Assembly (NCBI GenBank): GCA_965224245.1
Contig: OZ245046.1
Location: 5,824,001-5,888,000, forward strand
Length of the DNA stretch: 64,000 bases
DNA from: Candidatus Eiseniibacteriota bacterium
GTDB taxonomy: Bacteria; Eisenbacteria; RBG-16-71-46; CAZAMP01
Direction of reading: 5' to 3'
How positions within the stretch are numbered: position 1 is the stretch's first letter; each line of letters opens with the position of its first letter. The notes beneath the pieces were generated by a model. The model had not been told where the DNA came from. It ran no database searches and saw only the letters and a program-made list of their open reading frames with translations. The position numbers were made by a program, and so were the translations under genes. Shown here one piece after another: positions 49,828 to 60,290 of this stretch.

Positions 49828-50703
49828 TCAGCACCGCTCCCGGATGAACCCGACGACCGCGTCCCGGAACGCATCCGGGGCCTCGAGGAATGGGAAGTGC
49901 CCGCACGCGTCGATCACCGACAGCGTGGCTCCCGGGATGCCGTTCGCGAGCGTCTCGGCCGTTGCGACGGGGAAGATGCTCTCGCGTCCGTGCACGACGA
50001 GCGTCGGGCAGTCGACCTCGCCGAGGCGGCCGGTCAGGTCCCAGTCGCCCAGATCCTCGCGGATGCGCGGGCCGGTCACGCCGAGCGCGCGCACGGTGCG
50101 ATCGTCGATCTCGATGCCCACGTCGGGTGTTCTCGCGCGATCGAAGACGTACGTGCCGAGGTGAATGTCGAGATACCGCGCCAGGCGCTCGGGGTCGGCG
50201 TGCCACCCCGGCGCCTCGGTGAGCGCGGCCATCTCGGCACGCTCGTCCTCCGCGAGTCGCTCGCGCACGCGGGTCTCGTGGAGTCGCCACTCGCGGCGCG
50301 AGGCCGGATCGGAGTCGACGAGCACGAGTCCGGCCAGGGCGCCCGGACGCGCGAGCGCGACGTGGAGCGCGAGCAAACCGCCGAACGAGTGTCCGAGCAC
50401 GATCGGGCGCGTGATCCCGAGCGTGGACGTGAGCGCGCAGTGGTCGGCGACCAGTGACGCCATCGTGAGCGTGTCGGGCACCTCGACGCCCGAGGATCGG
50501 CCGCTTCCGCGCTGATCCACGAACACCAGCCGCGTGCGGTCGCCCAGCGCGCGGGCCAGGGGATCGTGGAGATACCGGCTGGAGATGCCGGGTCCGCCGT
50601 GACAGACGAGCACCGTCGGGCCCTGGCCCAGGATCTCGACCCAGAGTCGCGCGCTGCCGACGTCCACGAAGCTCCGGGACTCGTATGTGGAGGGTGCGCT
50701 CAC
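49828..50703 (-). CDS. Alpha/beta hydrolase (proline iminopeptidase-like)
   Basis: HGGPG, DQRGSGRS, GHSFG, GHFP. Confidence 0.9.
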   Translation of the reverse strand: MSAPSTYESRSFVDVGSARLWVEILGQGPTVLVCHGGPGISSRYLHDPLARALGDRTRLVFVDQRGSGRSSGVEVPDTLTMASLVADHCALTSTLGITRPIVLGHSFGGLLALHVALARPGALAGLVLVDSDPASRREWRLHETRVRERLAEDERAEMAALTEAPGWHADPERLARYLDIHLGTYVFDRARTPDVGIEIDDRTVRALGVTGPRIREDLGDWDLTGRLGEVDCPTLVVHGRESIFPVATAETLANGIPGATLSVIDACGHFPFLEAPDAFRDAVVGFIRERC

Positions 50704-50716
50704 GGGCCCGGCGCGG

Positions 50717-51139
50717 CTACGTCGGGTCGCGATCGAGATCGATCGAGACCGAGTTGATGCAGTAGCGCTTGCCGGTGGGTGCGGGGCCGTCGTCGAACAC
50801 GTGCCCCAGGTGGGCGTCGCAGGCCGCGCACCGGACCTCGGTACGGATCATGCCGTGGCTGCGGTCCTCGAGGAATCGGATGCTCCCCTCGTCGGCGGCC
50901 CGGTAGAAGCTGGGCCAGCCGCACCCGGCGTCGAACTTGGTGTCGGACGTGAACAGCGCGGCGCCGCAGCAGATGCAGCGGTAGGTGCCGTCGTCGGTGC
51001 AGTCGACGTACTCACCGCTGAAGGGACGCTCGGTGCCTCCTTCGCGCGTGACGCGGTACTGCTCGGGGGTGAGCGTCGAGCGCCAGTCGGTGTCGGCGCC
51101 GGGGGTCGGGCTGGGATCGTTCGCCATCGGGCTCTCCAT
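50717..51139 (-). CDS. msrB: Peptide methionine (R)-sulfoxide reductase
   Basis: GTERPF, GCGWPSF, HLGHVF.DGP, RYCINS. Confidence 0.97.
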   Translation of the reverse strand: MESPMANDPSPTPGADTDWRSTLTPEQYRVTREGGTERPFSGEYVDCTDDGTYRCICCGAALFTSDTKFDAGCGWPSFYRAADEGSIRFLEDRSHGMIRTEVRCAACDAHLGHVFDDGPAPTGKRYCINSVSIDLDRDPT

Positions 51140-51154
51140 TCGTCGGGTTCTCCG

Positions 51155-52165
51155 TCACGCGGGTCGCCGGGACGCCTCGGGCATCGTGTGGGTCGAGGCG
51201 GAACCGATCGCACCGGCCGACACCGCGATCGCGCCGAACTCGACGCCGGCCGGGAACGCGTCGGCCGCGCGCCGGCACGCCTCGCCGGGCGGGACGCCGC
51301 GCGCGACGTCATCATAGATGCGGACGGCGCTCAATCGGACCATGATCTCCTCGCCCTCGCCGGTCACCGTGACCGCGCCGGCCGGTCCGGCGTAGAGGCC
51401 GCACCCGACGAGGGGCGAGTCGCCGACCCGGCCGTACAGCATCAACGCCGTCCCGCCGGTGGACGTGGCGGTGGCGAACCGTCCGTGCCGGTCGCGCGCA
51501 ACGGCCCCGACGGTGTCGCAGGGACCGTCGCCGGCTCCCCCGGAAGCGCGGTGATCCCCGGTCCCGCCCGTGGCGCCGCGATCGCGGAACTCACCGCCGC
51601 CGCGGGCGAGCGCGTCGAAGTCGGGCATCGGCGTGGGGTAGTTCCAGATGGCACGGAGATCGACCCCGCGCCAGGCCGCGTACTCGGTGTGGAGGCGTCC
51701 GGCGGCCGCGAGCGCGGCCATCCGGCGGAGCTTCGCCCGCGAGGCGTCGCTGGTGGTGACCGGGCCGGCGAGGCCGTGACGCTCGGCGAAGCGCCGCGCC
51801 CCCTCGCCCGCCAGAAAGCGAGCCGGACCCTCCGCGAGCTTCTCGGCCACCCGCACCGGGTTCGGCACACCCTGCACGACGGCCACCGCGCCGTAGCGTC
51901 CCCCCGAGTCCATGACCGCCGCGTCCAGCTCCAGCGTCACGCCGTCCAGGCCGAGCTGCGAGCCGTGCCCGGCGTTGAAGCGAGGATCGTCCTCGAGGGC
52001 CGCCACGGCGGCCACGACCGCCGACAGCGCCGATTCTCCCGCGGCGAGTCCGGCCGCGGCGATCTCCGCCGCGCGCTCGCATTCGCCAGCGAGGTCGGGC
52101 GACGCGCCGACGCCGCCGTGGACGAGGACGATGGGATCGGCGTGAGCGGTGCGCGGCGTCGGCAA
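51155..52165 (-). CDS. Isoaspartyl peptidase / L-asparaginase (Ntn hydrolase)
   Basis: VHGG, LEDDP.FNAG, DTVGAVA (Thr nucleophile), TSTGG, GRVGDSP; start approximate. Confidence 0.9.
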   Translation of the reverse strand: MPTPRTAHADPIVLVHGGVGASPDLAGECERAAEIAAAGLAAGESALSAVVAAVAALEDDPRFNAGHGSQLGLDGVTLELDAAVMDSGGRYGAVAVVQGVPNPVRVAEKLAEGPARFLAGEGARRFAERHGLAGPVTTSDASRAKLRRMAALAAAGRLHTEYAAWRGVDLRAIWNYPTPMPDFDALARGGGEFRDRGATGGTGDHRASGGAGDGPCDTVGAVARDRHGRFATATSTGGTALMLYGRVGDSPLVGCGLYAGPAGAVTVTGEGEEIMVRLSAVRIYDDVARGVPPGEACRRAADAFPAGVEFGAIAVSAGAIGSASTHTMPEASRRPA

Positions 52166-52289
52166 GGCGGCCCTCGCTCGGTGAGCGTTGCAATCGACGA
52201 ATCGATGCGGCAGGGTCTTTCGGAGAGTCCCACCATCCATCGGGTGGACGAGAGGGGACAGTACCACGGTGCCGGAAGCCGGAGGCGAC

Positions 52290-53132
52290 ATGCATCTCGA
52301 TCTGGGTGACACGCGCGTGGACGTCGTCTCGGACGGAACGTTCCGGCTCGACGGCGGCGCGATGTTCGGTGTGGTACCGAAGCCGCTGTGGAATCGCGTC
52401 AGTCCCGCCGACGAACGCAACCGGATCCGCCTCGCGCTGAACTGTCTCCTGATCCGGAACGGCGCCGATACGATCCTCGTGGACACCGGCATGGGAGCGC
52501 GCTGGAGCGACAAGGAACGCTCGATCTACGCGCTCGAGAACGCACCGGGGCTGATCGAGGCTCTGGCCGGCTTCGGGGTGGCCCCCGGCGACGTGACGAT
52601 GGTGATCAACACGCATCTGCACTTCGACCACGCCGGCGGCAACACGATCGACGTGGACGGCGTCCCGACCCCGACCTATCCGAACGCGCGCTACGTCGTC
52701 CAGGAAGGGGAGTTTCGCTGGGCGATGTCGCCGACGCCGCGCGATCGGGCGTCCTACCTCCGCCCGTGCTTCGAGCCCGTCCACGAGGCGGGCCTCTTCG
52801 ATCTCGTCGACGGCAACGTACCGGTGTCCGAGGGTGTCTTCGTGCGGCGGCTGCCCGGGCACACCCCGAACCTGCAAGGGGTGCTCGTCGAGGGCGGCGG
52901 GAGGACGGTCTTCTTCCCGTCGGATCTGTGCCCGACGAGGAACCACCTGCCGTTCCCATGGGTGATGGGCTACGACCTGATGCCCCTGGTCACGCTGGAG
53001 AGCAAGACGCACGCGCTGACCGAGGCGGCCGAGAAGGACTGGATCGTCGTGTTCCAGCACGAGCCGGACACGCCGGTGGGACGGGTGCGGCTCGAGGACG
53101 GGAAGCCGGTGTTCGAGCCGGTCGAGACGTGA
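52290..53132 (+). CDS. MBL-fold metallo-hydrolase (YtnP-like)
   Basis: FRLDGGAMFGVVPK, THLHFDHAGG, GHT; GGAGG RBS. Confidence 0.92.
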   Translation: MHLDLGDTRVDVVSDGTFRLDGGAMFGVVPKPLWNRVSPADERNRIRLALNCLLIRNGADTILVDTGMGARWSDKERSIYALENAPGLIEALAGFGVAPGDVTMVINTHLHFDHAGGNTIDVDGVPTPTYPNARYVVQEGEFRWAMSPTPRDRASYLRPCFEPVHEAGLFDLVDGNVPVSEGVFVRRLPGHTPNLQGVLVEGGGRTVFFPSDLCPTRNHLPFPWVMGYDLMPLVTLESKTHALTEAAEKDWIVVFQHEPDTPVGRVRLEDGKPVFEPVET

Positions 53133-53205
53133 TGCGGTATCTCGTCGAATCGACGCGTCGGCCCCATCGTGTCCGTGGGCGCGCGGGCTGCCGAGCCGCG
53201 CGCGG

Positions 53206-54894
53206 TCACTCCTCGATCCACGCCCCGAGAACACGCGACACCCACGGCTGGGAGAACCCGGAGTAGAGACGGCCGAGGGCGAGCGGCTTGGTCGGGTAGA
53301 AACCCCCGATGAGCATCCCGAAGTCCTCCAGGTACCACGACGTCGTGGTCAGCTCACCGCCCGAGAGCGAGTGGAGCCGGAGGCCGAAGTCCGGGTGGGA
53401 GACGAGAAACCCCCGCCCGAGCCCCGTCTCGAACGGATGGTCGAAGGGGACGTCGCCCAGCAGAACCCCGTCCACCGTTCCCATGTACGTCAACGAGCCG
53501 TCCTCGGACACCGTGAACAGCTCGTCGTCGTACGATGCGAGGAAGCATACGCTGTCGCCGTCACCGTCGGTGACGCGCATTCCGTCCACCGGCAGGGTCG
53601 CCTGGAGCCGGGCCGCGCCCGATGCCGGGTCGATCCTCCAGAGCTTGCGGTCGGAGATCAGCCAGACGAAGCCCTCGCGGGACCACGCGATCCAGCTCGG
53701 GTCGAGTCCGTCGGGTAGGTCGAGCCGCTCGGCCGCTCCGCCGGGCGCCCAGACGACCAGCGCCGCTCCACCGGCGTCCGTGCGCTCGTGCACCCCTATC
53801 GCCATCGTGGATCCCCGGGGACTCCAGGCGACGACGTCCTCGGCTCGCCAGCCGGCGTCGAGCAGCGTCGCATCGGATACGATCGCGCGCTGCCGATCCA
53901 CGACCGCGAGTCGACCGACGACCGATCGGACCTCGCGGGTCACCACCGGTGGTGTGCCGTCGAGCGCCGCCCCGAGCAACGCTTCCTCGACGCCGTCCAG
54001 GATGACGATCGTCGAGCCGTCGCGTGGATCGATCTCGACCAGCTCGTCGGCGGTCGTCCCGAAGAGGCCCGCACGAGTCCATGCGAAGCGGACGATGGCC
54101 CCCCGGGGCACCTCCAGGCTCACCGATCCGTCGATGCCACGGATCACGATCACGTCGCCACGAGTCGTGAGGTACCGATCGCCGGAGGGCGAGATCGTGT
54201 GCACGAACTCTCCGGGGTATGGAAGCGACACGACGTCACCCGTCGCGAGCGACATGATCTCGAGCACCGGGTCGGCGGGTCCAACGTCCCGCGTATACAT
54301 CGCGTGCGACGCGTCCGGCGTCAGCGCCAGGGGCTGGCCGTCGTCGGCCAGATCGATCGGGTCGAACTCTCCGTCGGCGGTCTCCACCAGCAGCGTCGGT
54401 CCGGACGTCAGGTAGCGATAGAGACCATCGGCGCCGCGCGCGATCGCGACCGGGTTGCGATACCGCGTCGGCAGGAGCCGTGACTCGATGACCGTGCCGT
54501 CGAAGCTCGCCAGCACGCGATACACGTACTGGTGGTTCATCGCATCGCCGCTCATGGGCTCGGCACCCACCCAGGCCACGTGATCGGTGTCCACTGCCAG
54601 CGCCAGCTGGATCGACGTGGTCCGGAGGTCGTTTGCCGAGCCGAGCCTCCTCACCGTGTACAGCGCGACGTTCTCGTACAGCACCCCGAACTCGGCCGGA
54701 TGGTGCGGTCGACCCCCGATCGCGTCCGGCGACCGGGCCACCTGAACCAGCGTCTGGGGCTGCCCCGACGTGAAGGCCGGACGATGGATGTCGTCCGACA
54801 GGCATCCCATGGTCACGATCCCCGCGATCGCGAGGATGCCGCCGGGTCCAAGTCGGCCAGCCCCGCCGACCGGGTCTCTGGGCCGCGGCGACAT
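53206..54894 (-). CDS. Hypothetical lipoprotein, beta-propeller (TolB-like) suspected
   Basis: VTMGC lipobox-like; SPSG/WSPRG/TPD repeats; coupled to upstream stop. Confidence 0.6.
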   Translation of the reverse strand: MSPRPRDPVGGAGRLGPGGILAIAGIVTMGCLSDDIHRPAFTSGQPQTLVQVARSPDAIGGRPHHPAEFGVLYENVALYTVRRLGSANDLRTTSIQLALAVDTDHVAWVGAEPMSGDAMNHQYVYRVLASFDGTVIESRLLPTRYRNPVAIARGADGLYRYLTSGPTLLVETADGEFDPIDLADDGQPLALTPDASHAMYTRDVGPADPVLEIMSLATGDVVSLPYPGEFVHTISPSGDRYLTTRGDVIVIRGIDGSVSLEVPRGAIVRFAWTRAGLFGTTADELVEIDPRDGSTIVILDGVEEALLGAALDGTPPVVTREVRSVVGRLAVVDRQRAIVSDATLLDAGWRAEDVVAWSPRGSTMAIGVHERTDAGGAALVVWAPGGAAERLDLPDGLDPSWIAWSREGFVWLISDRKLWRIDPASGAARLQATLPVDGMRVTDGDGDSVCFLASYDDELFTVSEDGSLTYMGTVDGVLLGDVPFDHPFETGLGRGFLVSHPDFGLRLHSLSGGELTTTSWYLEDFGMLIGGFYPTKPLALGRLYSGFSQPWVSRVLGAWIEE

Positions 54895-56675
54895 CAGTGA
54901 CGCTCCTCGCCGATGGGGCGGAAGTAGATCCGGCCGGTCTCCGACCACGAGTACGTCCACACGAGACCGGGCTGGTGCGGGGCGAACGTGGCTCCGCTGG
55001 GCACGTCGGGAACGACGAGCAGGTCGTCGAACGGTTCGATCAACAGGCCACGACCGTCACCGGAGGTCGACTCCGCGAGCAACGTCCGTCCCAGCCCCGT
55101 GCGAAGCCGGCTCGAGGACGGCGCCACGTCGCGACAGAGGTGAGACATCCACGCGTGCTCGACGACGTCTCCCGTCCGGAGGTCGACCCAGATCACCTGA
55201 AACGGATCCAGGATGCGTGAGAAGCGCACCACGACCACCATCTCGCCGGCTGCCTGATCGGTCAGCACCGATCGCGATGCGCTGGGCGGCACCGGGTACG
55301 CGTGAAGCGGCTCGATGGTCGAGCCGTCCTCGGAGAGCCGCGTGACGATCACCCCGTCCGGATCATATCCGATGACGTAGAGGCCATCGTCCAGCCACGC
55401 GAGCGTGACGCCCGGTGGCGAGTCGATGGCGCGGATCTCGCCGTCACCGACGATCTCGATGACCATCTCGGAGGTGGCGTGGTCCGTGAGGATGGCAATC
55501 CGATCGCCGTCGGGCGATGCCGTCATGTCGAGCAGCGGCCCCTGAATCGGCACGATCCACTCGCGCGCGGTCCGCGCCGCGCCGCCGGCATCGAGCTGGA
55601 TGTCGAGAACGCTCCCGACGATGTCGAGCCGAACGCCCCAGACGTGCGTGCCGTCGCCTCGGAAGAGCATCAGTGCGTCGACATCGACACCGGGATCCAC
55701 CGGAATCTCGTGAACCGTCCAGGTGCCGTCCTCGAGCCACAGCTCGCGGATCGCGCCGACCTGGTGAACGACGATGAGATCGTCGCGTTCCCAGGCGGCA
55801 CGGAGCACGGGCTCGCCGTCGAACGTCGCCACGTCCTCGATGGCGCCGCTCGGTACGTCGAGCGTGATCAGGCGATCTTCCTCCCAGGTCCAGAGAAGAA
55901 CGCGAGTATCGGTCGGCGCCACGTCGAGCACCGAACACGACACGTCGAATCCGACCGTGTGCTCGGCCACCACGTCGACCGACGTGGTGGTGACGTCGAG
56001 CTCGGCCAGCACGACCGCAGTGCTGTCGAAGAAGCTACGCGTGCCCGCCACACGACGTCCGTCGGCGCTCATCCTGCTCAACGTCGCACCGCGAACGTCC
56101 ACGGTGGCCTCTGCCGTCACGACGCCCTCCGACGATACGAGGCGAACGCCGCGCGACTCGAGGAGGAGAAACGACCCCGAATCGAAGGCCACGACGTCGC
56201 GCACCGTGGGTGATCCATCGACGTGGACACGGCGTGATTCGCCCGTCGTGAGATCGATCGTCAGGATGTCGGCCGGGGGAACGTCGATCGAGGCATCGGC
56301 TCGCGCAGCGGTCAGAACGACGCGTCCGGACGCGGCGTCGATGCGGCCCAAGCCCGACGGGCTGTAGGCGGTGCCCACGAGCGGTGCGAAGTCCGCGCCG
56401 AGAAACCCGATCCGGAGGTCGAAGTCGGCCGAGGACGCCAGTACAGCCTCACGTCCCATCCACGCCGCTCGGTGGATCCGGATCCCGTTGCCGATGTCGG
56501 AGACGATCACGTCGTCACCATCCGCTTCGTGGGGCCACGAGGGTGCCTCGAAGTCGTCGCAGCCTTCGCCGAGGATCGGTCCGACGGCGATGAGGGCACA
56601 GGTGAGGAGTAGCCGCCGGTCGGCGCGTCGGGGCCGGCAGGCGTGCGGACCCGACATGGGTGGGTTCGCGCGCAT
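54894..56675 (-). CDS. Hypothetical lipoprotein, beta-propeller suspected
   Basis: LGEGC lipobox-like; SADG/SPDG repeats; starts just after TonB receptor stop. Confidence 0.6.
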   Translation of the reverse strand: MRANPPMSGPHACRPRRADRRLLLTCALIAVGPILGEGCDDFEAPSWPHEADGDDVIVSDIGNGIRIHRAAWMGREAVLASSADFDLRIGFLGADFAPLVGTAYSPSGLGRIDAASGRVVLTAARADASIDVPPADILTIDLTTGESRRVHVDGSPTVRDVVAFDSGSFLLLESRGVRLVSSEGVVTAEATVDVRGATLSRMSADGRRVAGTRSFFDSTAVVLAELDVTTTSVDVVAEHTVGFDVSCSVLDVAPTDTRVLLWTWEEDRLITLDVPSGAIEDVATFDGEPVLRAAWERDDLIVVHQVGAIRELWLEDGTWTVHEIPVDPGVDVDALMLFRGDGTHVWGVRLDIVGSVLDIQLDAGGAARTAREWIVPIQGPLLDMTASPDGDRIAILTDHATSEMVIEIVGDGEIRAIDSPPGVTLAWLDDGLYVIGYDPDGVIVTRLSEDGSTIEPLHAYPVPPSASRSVLTDQAAGEMVVVVRFSRILDPFQVIWVDLRTGDVVEHAWMSHLCRDVAPSSSRLRTGLGRTLLAESTSGDGRGLLIEPFDDLLVVPDVPSGATFAPHQPGLVWTYSWSETGRIYFRPIGEERH

Positions 56676-56677
56676 CG

Positions 56678-58981
56678 CTAGAGGTCCACGCTGAAGCCGA
56701 ACGACGGTATGCGGGGCAACATCCGGAGCACCTCGCTGCTGGAATAGTCGGCGTCCCACAGGATCCCGACCACGTTGTCGCGGTCGGTCACGTTGATCAT
56801 CTCCAGGAAGAACGTCACCCGTCTCGAGAACAGCTGCCGGTGGTGCTCGAGCCTCACGTCCCAGCGGAAGTACTCGGGCCACTCGTGGCGGTTGGCCGGC
56901 TCGTAGACCGCGATCCAGCTCTCGGTGCCGTCGGGGAGAACCTCGCGTATCCGGAGCTCGGGCACCGAGTACGCGCCGCCGGTCTTGAACGACGCGAGGT
57001 TCGAAAGGGACCAGGAGTGACCGAGGTTCAGCGTGCCCGACGCCGACAGCGTGTGATACGCGTGTCCCGCGGGCCGGGTCCAGTCCGTGTAGGTGCCACC
57101 GCGTACCCGCGCGTGCGTGTACGAGTAGCTGACGAAGCCGCTCCAGCGCCGGTTGCCGCCGGGGTTGCGCTCGACCAGGAGCTCGGCGCCGGACGTGAAC
57201 CCCTCGCCGTCGGACGACGCGCGATTGCGCTGATCGGCCGGTACCAGCACCTGATCGAGATCGCGGTAGAAGCCCTCGACGCGCAGCCCGACACTCGGAC
57301 CGCGGCGCCAGCGGAGGCTGGCGTTGACGTGAGCCGCCCGCTCGGAGTCCAGCGTGCGGAGGTCGGTGCCGAAGTCGTAGCCGTGCTCGCGGGCGAACAC
57401 GAGCGACGGCTCGGGGGCCTGGTAGAAGAGGCCACCCGCCAGTTCGAGGATCACCGGCGCCGCCGGTCGCCACGTCACCGACAGCCGCGGCGAGACCTCA
57501 CGGTCGTCGTTGATCGTGGTCTCGTCGCCGCGCACGCCGGCGGTGACCAGCGCGTCCTCCCCGAGGTGCTGCGTCATCTCGGCGTAGAGGCCGTTGTGCG
57601 ACTTCCGGCCCGAGGCGACCGACTCGGTCGGCGTCGGGAAGTGCAGGTTCGGCGCGCCGGGGTCGCGTGCCCAGAAGAGGTCGTAGTGCGACCAATTCAT
57701 CTCCATGCCGAACCGGAAGTCGCGCGCGCCCGCCGTCCGCGCGAACTCGCCCCTGAACGACGATCCGTAGTCCCGCGTGGAGAGATCCCCCACGCGGAGC
57801 ACGTCGTCGGTGACGCGCACCGTGTTCTCGTCGTGGAGGTAGCTTGCACGCAACTCCAGCACCGAGTCGTCGCTCGGCCGCTGCCGGTAGATGACCGCGC
57901 CGAGGCTGGACTCGCTCTCGGCTGCGGTCACGCTCTCGCCGCCGAACGTGAAGAGATCCGAGCTCGTCACGTCGGTCTTCTCGCGGCCGTAGAGACCCTC
58001 GAAGATGACCTGTCGCGTTTCGTCGAGGTCGTGCACCGACTTGAGCTGGAAGTCGTAGAAGTTCGGCAGCGTGGTCCCGGGGTCCACCGCGCCCCTGACC
58101 GCCACGTCGTAGTAGGTGCGCCGCGCCGACACGATCCACGATCCCCGTCCGGATCGCCACGGCCCCTCGACGAGCACGTTGGCCGAGATCAGGCTCGCGC
58201 TCGTGCGCACCGCGGTCTCCTGGCGGCTTCCCTCGCGCGTGGTCACCTCGATCACGGACGCCAGGCGATTGCCGTATCGCGCGCTGAAGCCACCGGCCTG
58301 GAGGCGGATGTCGTCCACGAGGTCGATGTTGAACATGCTGATTCCGCCCCCGAACAGGATGCGCATGCGGTACGGATTGTGGAGCCCGATACCGTCCACG
58401 AGGTACAGGTTCTGATCCGGGGTCCCACCGCGGACGCGGACGAGCCCGGCGAGGTCGTTGACGGCACTGACGCCCGGCAGAACCTGCAGCGACCGGAACG
58501 GATCCTGGAACGAGCCAGGCACGCGGAGAATCCGATCCCGGTCGTTCTCGACGTAGGAGTACGGCGTGACCGTGTCCTCCCACCGGAAACGCATGCGCGG
58601 CGCCTGGATGGTCACGCCGGGAAGCTGGTAGACGCGGGGGGTCAGATGAACGACGTGCGTCGAGCCGGTCCCGGAGGCGAGATCGACCCGGTCCCAGTCC
58701 CGGAGCTGGTACGCGTCGGAGTACACGCGAACCAGGTGAGCGCCCGGCTTCAGGTCCTCGAAGACGACCCGGCCATCGGCACCCGAGCGAGATCCCGCGG
58801 CACGCCCCTGCACGATGACCAGGACGTTCCCGACGGGCTCGCCGGTGGCGTGATCCACGACCTCGACGACGAGCGTCTCGGCCCACGCGGGCACGGCCGC
58901 CGGTCCGACACCGACGATCCCGACCAGCGCCACCAGCAGCCCGCGGACCGCGAGTCTCCGCAACGGCATCAGGTCGTTCAT
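56678..58981 (-). CDS. TonB-dependent outer-membrane receptor
   Basis: Signal peptide, CarboxypepD-like N-domain, plug LPGV..VRGG..QN..LVDG, GGFSARYG, ARRTY, barrel ending PSFGFSVDL. Confidence 0.92.
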   Translation of the reverse strand: MNDLMPLRRLAVRGLLVALVGIVGVGPAAVPAWAETLVVEVVDHATGEPVGNVLVIVQGRAAGSRSGADGRVVFEDLKPGAHLVRVYSDAYQLRDWDRVDLASGTGSTHVVHLTPRVYQLPGVTIQAPRMRFRWEDTVTPYSYVENDRDRILRVPGSFQDPFRSLQVLPGVSAVNDLAGLVRVRGGTPDQNLYLVDGIGLHNPYRMRILFGGGISMFNIDLVDDIRLQAGGFSARYGNRLASVIEVTTREGSRQETAVRTSASLISANVLVEGPWRSGRGSWIVSARRTYYDVAVRGAVDPGTTLPNFYDFQLKSVHDLDETRQVIFEGLYGREKTDVTSSDLFTFGGESVTAAESESSLGAVIYRQRPSDDSVLELRASYLHDENTVRVTDDVLRVGDLSTRDYGSSFRGEFARTAGARDFRFGMEMNWSHYDLFWARDPGAPNLHFPTPTESVASGRKSHNGLYAEMTQHLGEDALVTAGVRGDETTINDDREVSPRLSVTWRPAAPVILELAGGLFYQAPEPSLVFAREHGYDFGTDLRTLDSERAAHVNASLRWRRGPSVGLRVEGFYRDLDQVLVPADQRNRASSDGEGFTSGAELLVERNPGGNRRWSGFVSYSYTHARVRGGTYTDWTRPAGHAYHTLSASGTLNLGHSWSLSNLASFKTGGAYSVPELRIREVLPDGTESWIAVYEPANRHEWPEYFRWDVRLEHHRQLFSRRVTFFLEMINVTDRDNVVGILWDADYSSSEVLRMLPRIPSFGFSVDL

Positions 58982-59197
58982 CTCGGACTCCGATTGGGAT
59001 GCGATGGCGCGCTGAATCGAGAGAGTATCAGAAGCCGTCAGCCGGTCGCGACCGCGTGATCTCGCCTTATCGAGGTCGAAACGGCGTGATGAGGGCTTTT
59101 GTCGATTGTGCAAGTCTGCTAGTCTTCGACTCAGGGCGGGGGCCACGATTGAACAGCGCAAGTCCAAGTGACGAAGCGCGTTAACCAAGAAACGAAC

Positions 59198-60262
59198 ATG
59201 CTGGTGGAAACTCGGCCGCGCCCACTCCTGATCGACTCCTGCTACGGATCCCCCACCCGCCGGGTGCCGGTCTGGATACTCCGGCAGGCCAGCCGTTACC
59301 TCCCGGAGTACCGCGAGCTCCGCGATCGCGTCCCGTATCGCGACATCTGCACCACGCCCGAGCATGCCGCCGACGCCACGATGCAGCCCGTCCGGCGCTT
59401 CGGTCTGGATGCGGGCGCGCTGATCGTGGACCCGCTGCTCGCGCTGGAGCAGCTCGGGGTCGAGGTCACCTTCACCGACGACGGGCCTCGCATCGCGGAC
59501 CCGGTTCGTTCCCGACTGGGGCTGGATCGACTGCGCATCCGCGGCGACGTGAGTGACACCTTCCTGCCGGGCGTCACGGCGGCGGCGCACGAGTCGCTGG
59601 GCGAGACGCCGCTGATCGCGGTGGCCGGCGCGCCGTTCACGCTGGCGGGCTTTCTCGTCGAGGGACGCCGGTCGCTCAGCCTCCGTCACCTGAAGGCGTT
59701 CCTCTACAACGACCCCGAGGCCGCCCATCAGCTGATGGAGCAGCTCGCCGACCTCGCCACCGCCTGGCTGGAGGTGCAGTTCGAGGCGGGCGCGTCCGCG
59801 TTCATTCTGTACGACAGCTGGGCCGGGCTCCTCGGCACGGCGGACTACCGCGCGCACGTGGCGCCGTTCGTGACCGACGTGTTCCGGCGCGTCGCGAGCC
59901 GGCGGCGACCCGGGATTCTCTACGTGAACGAGGCGGGGCACCTCGTGGACATGCTCGTGCGCACCGGAGCCGAGGTGCTGGCCCCGGACTGGCGCGTGGA
60001 TCTCGAGCGCATGCGCACGCGGCTGCCCGAGAACATCAGCATCCAGGGCAATCTGGATCCGGCGGTGCTTCTCGGACCGCCGGATCTCATTCGCCATCGC
60101 GTGCTGGATCTGCTCATCCAGGGCACGCTCTATCGCGGACACATTCTGAATCTGGGCGGCGGCATCCTGCCGGACACGCCGCCCGAGAACGTCCAGGTGA
60201 TGGTGGACGTCGTTCGCGACTTCGACCCCGGCCTTCAGGGGTGGCAGAGCGTTCGACCCTGA
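59198..60262 (+). CDS. hemE: Uroporphyrinogen decarboxylase family protein, divergent
   Basis: PVW..RQ.SRYLPEY, GAPFTLA, DSW, QGNLDP, but NLGGG in place of NLGHG. Confidence 0.8.
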   Translation: MLVETRPRPLLIDSCYGSPTRRVPVWILRQASRYLPEYRELRDRVPYRDICTTPEHAADATMQPVRRFGLDAGALIVDPLLALEQLGVEVTFTDDGPRIADPVRSRLGLDRLRIRGDVSDTFLPGVTAAAHESLGETPLIAVAGAPFTLAGFLVEGRRSLSLRHLKAFLYNDPEAAHQLMEQLADLATAWLEVQFEAGASAFILYDSWAGLLGTADYRAHVAPFVTDVFRRVASRRRPGILYVNEAGHLVDMLVRTGAEVLAPDWRVDLERMRTRLPENISIQGNLDPAVLLGPPDLIRHRVLDLLIQGTLYRGHILNLGGGILPDTPPENVQVMVDVVRDFDPGLQGWQSVRP

Positions 60263-60290
60263 CGTCCGGCTCGCGCACCCGACTCTTGCG

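Noticed and set aside
58982-60142. 1154-aa version of the TonB receptor ORF
   Set aside because: The extension is antisense to hemE; the signal peptide begins near 58981
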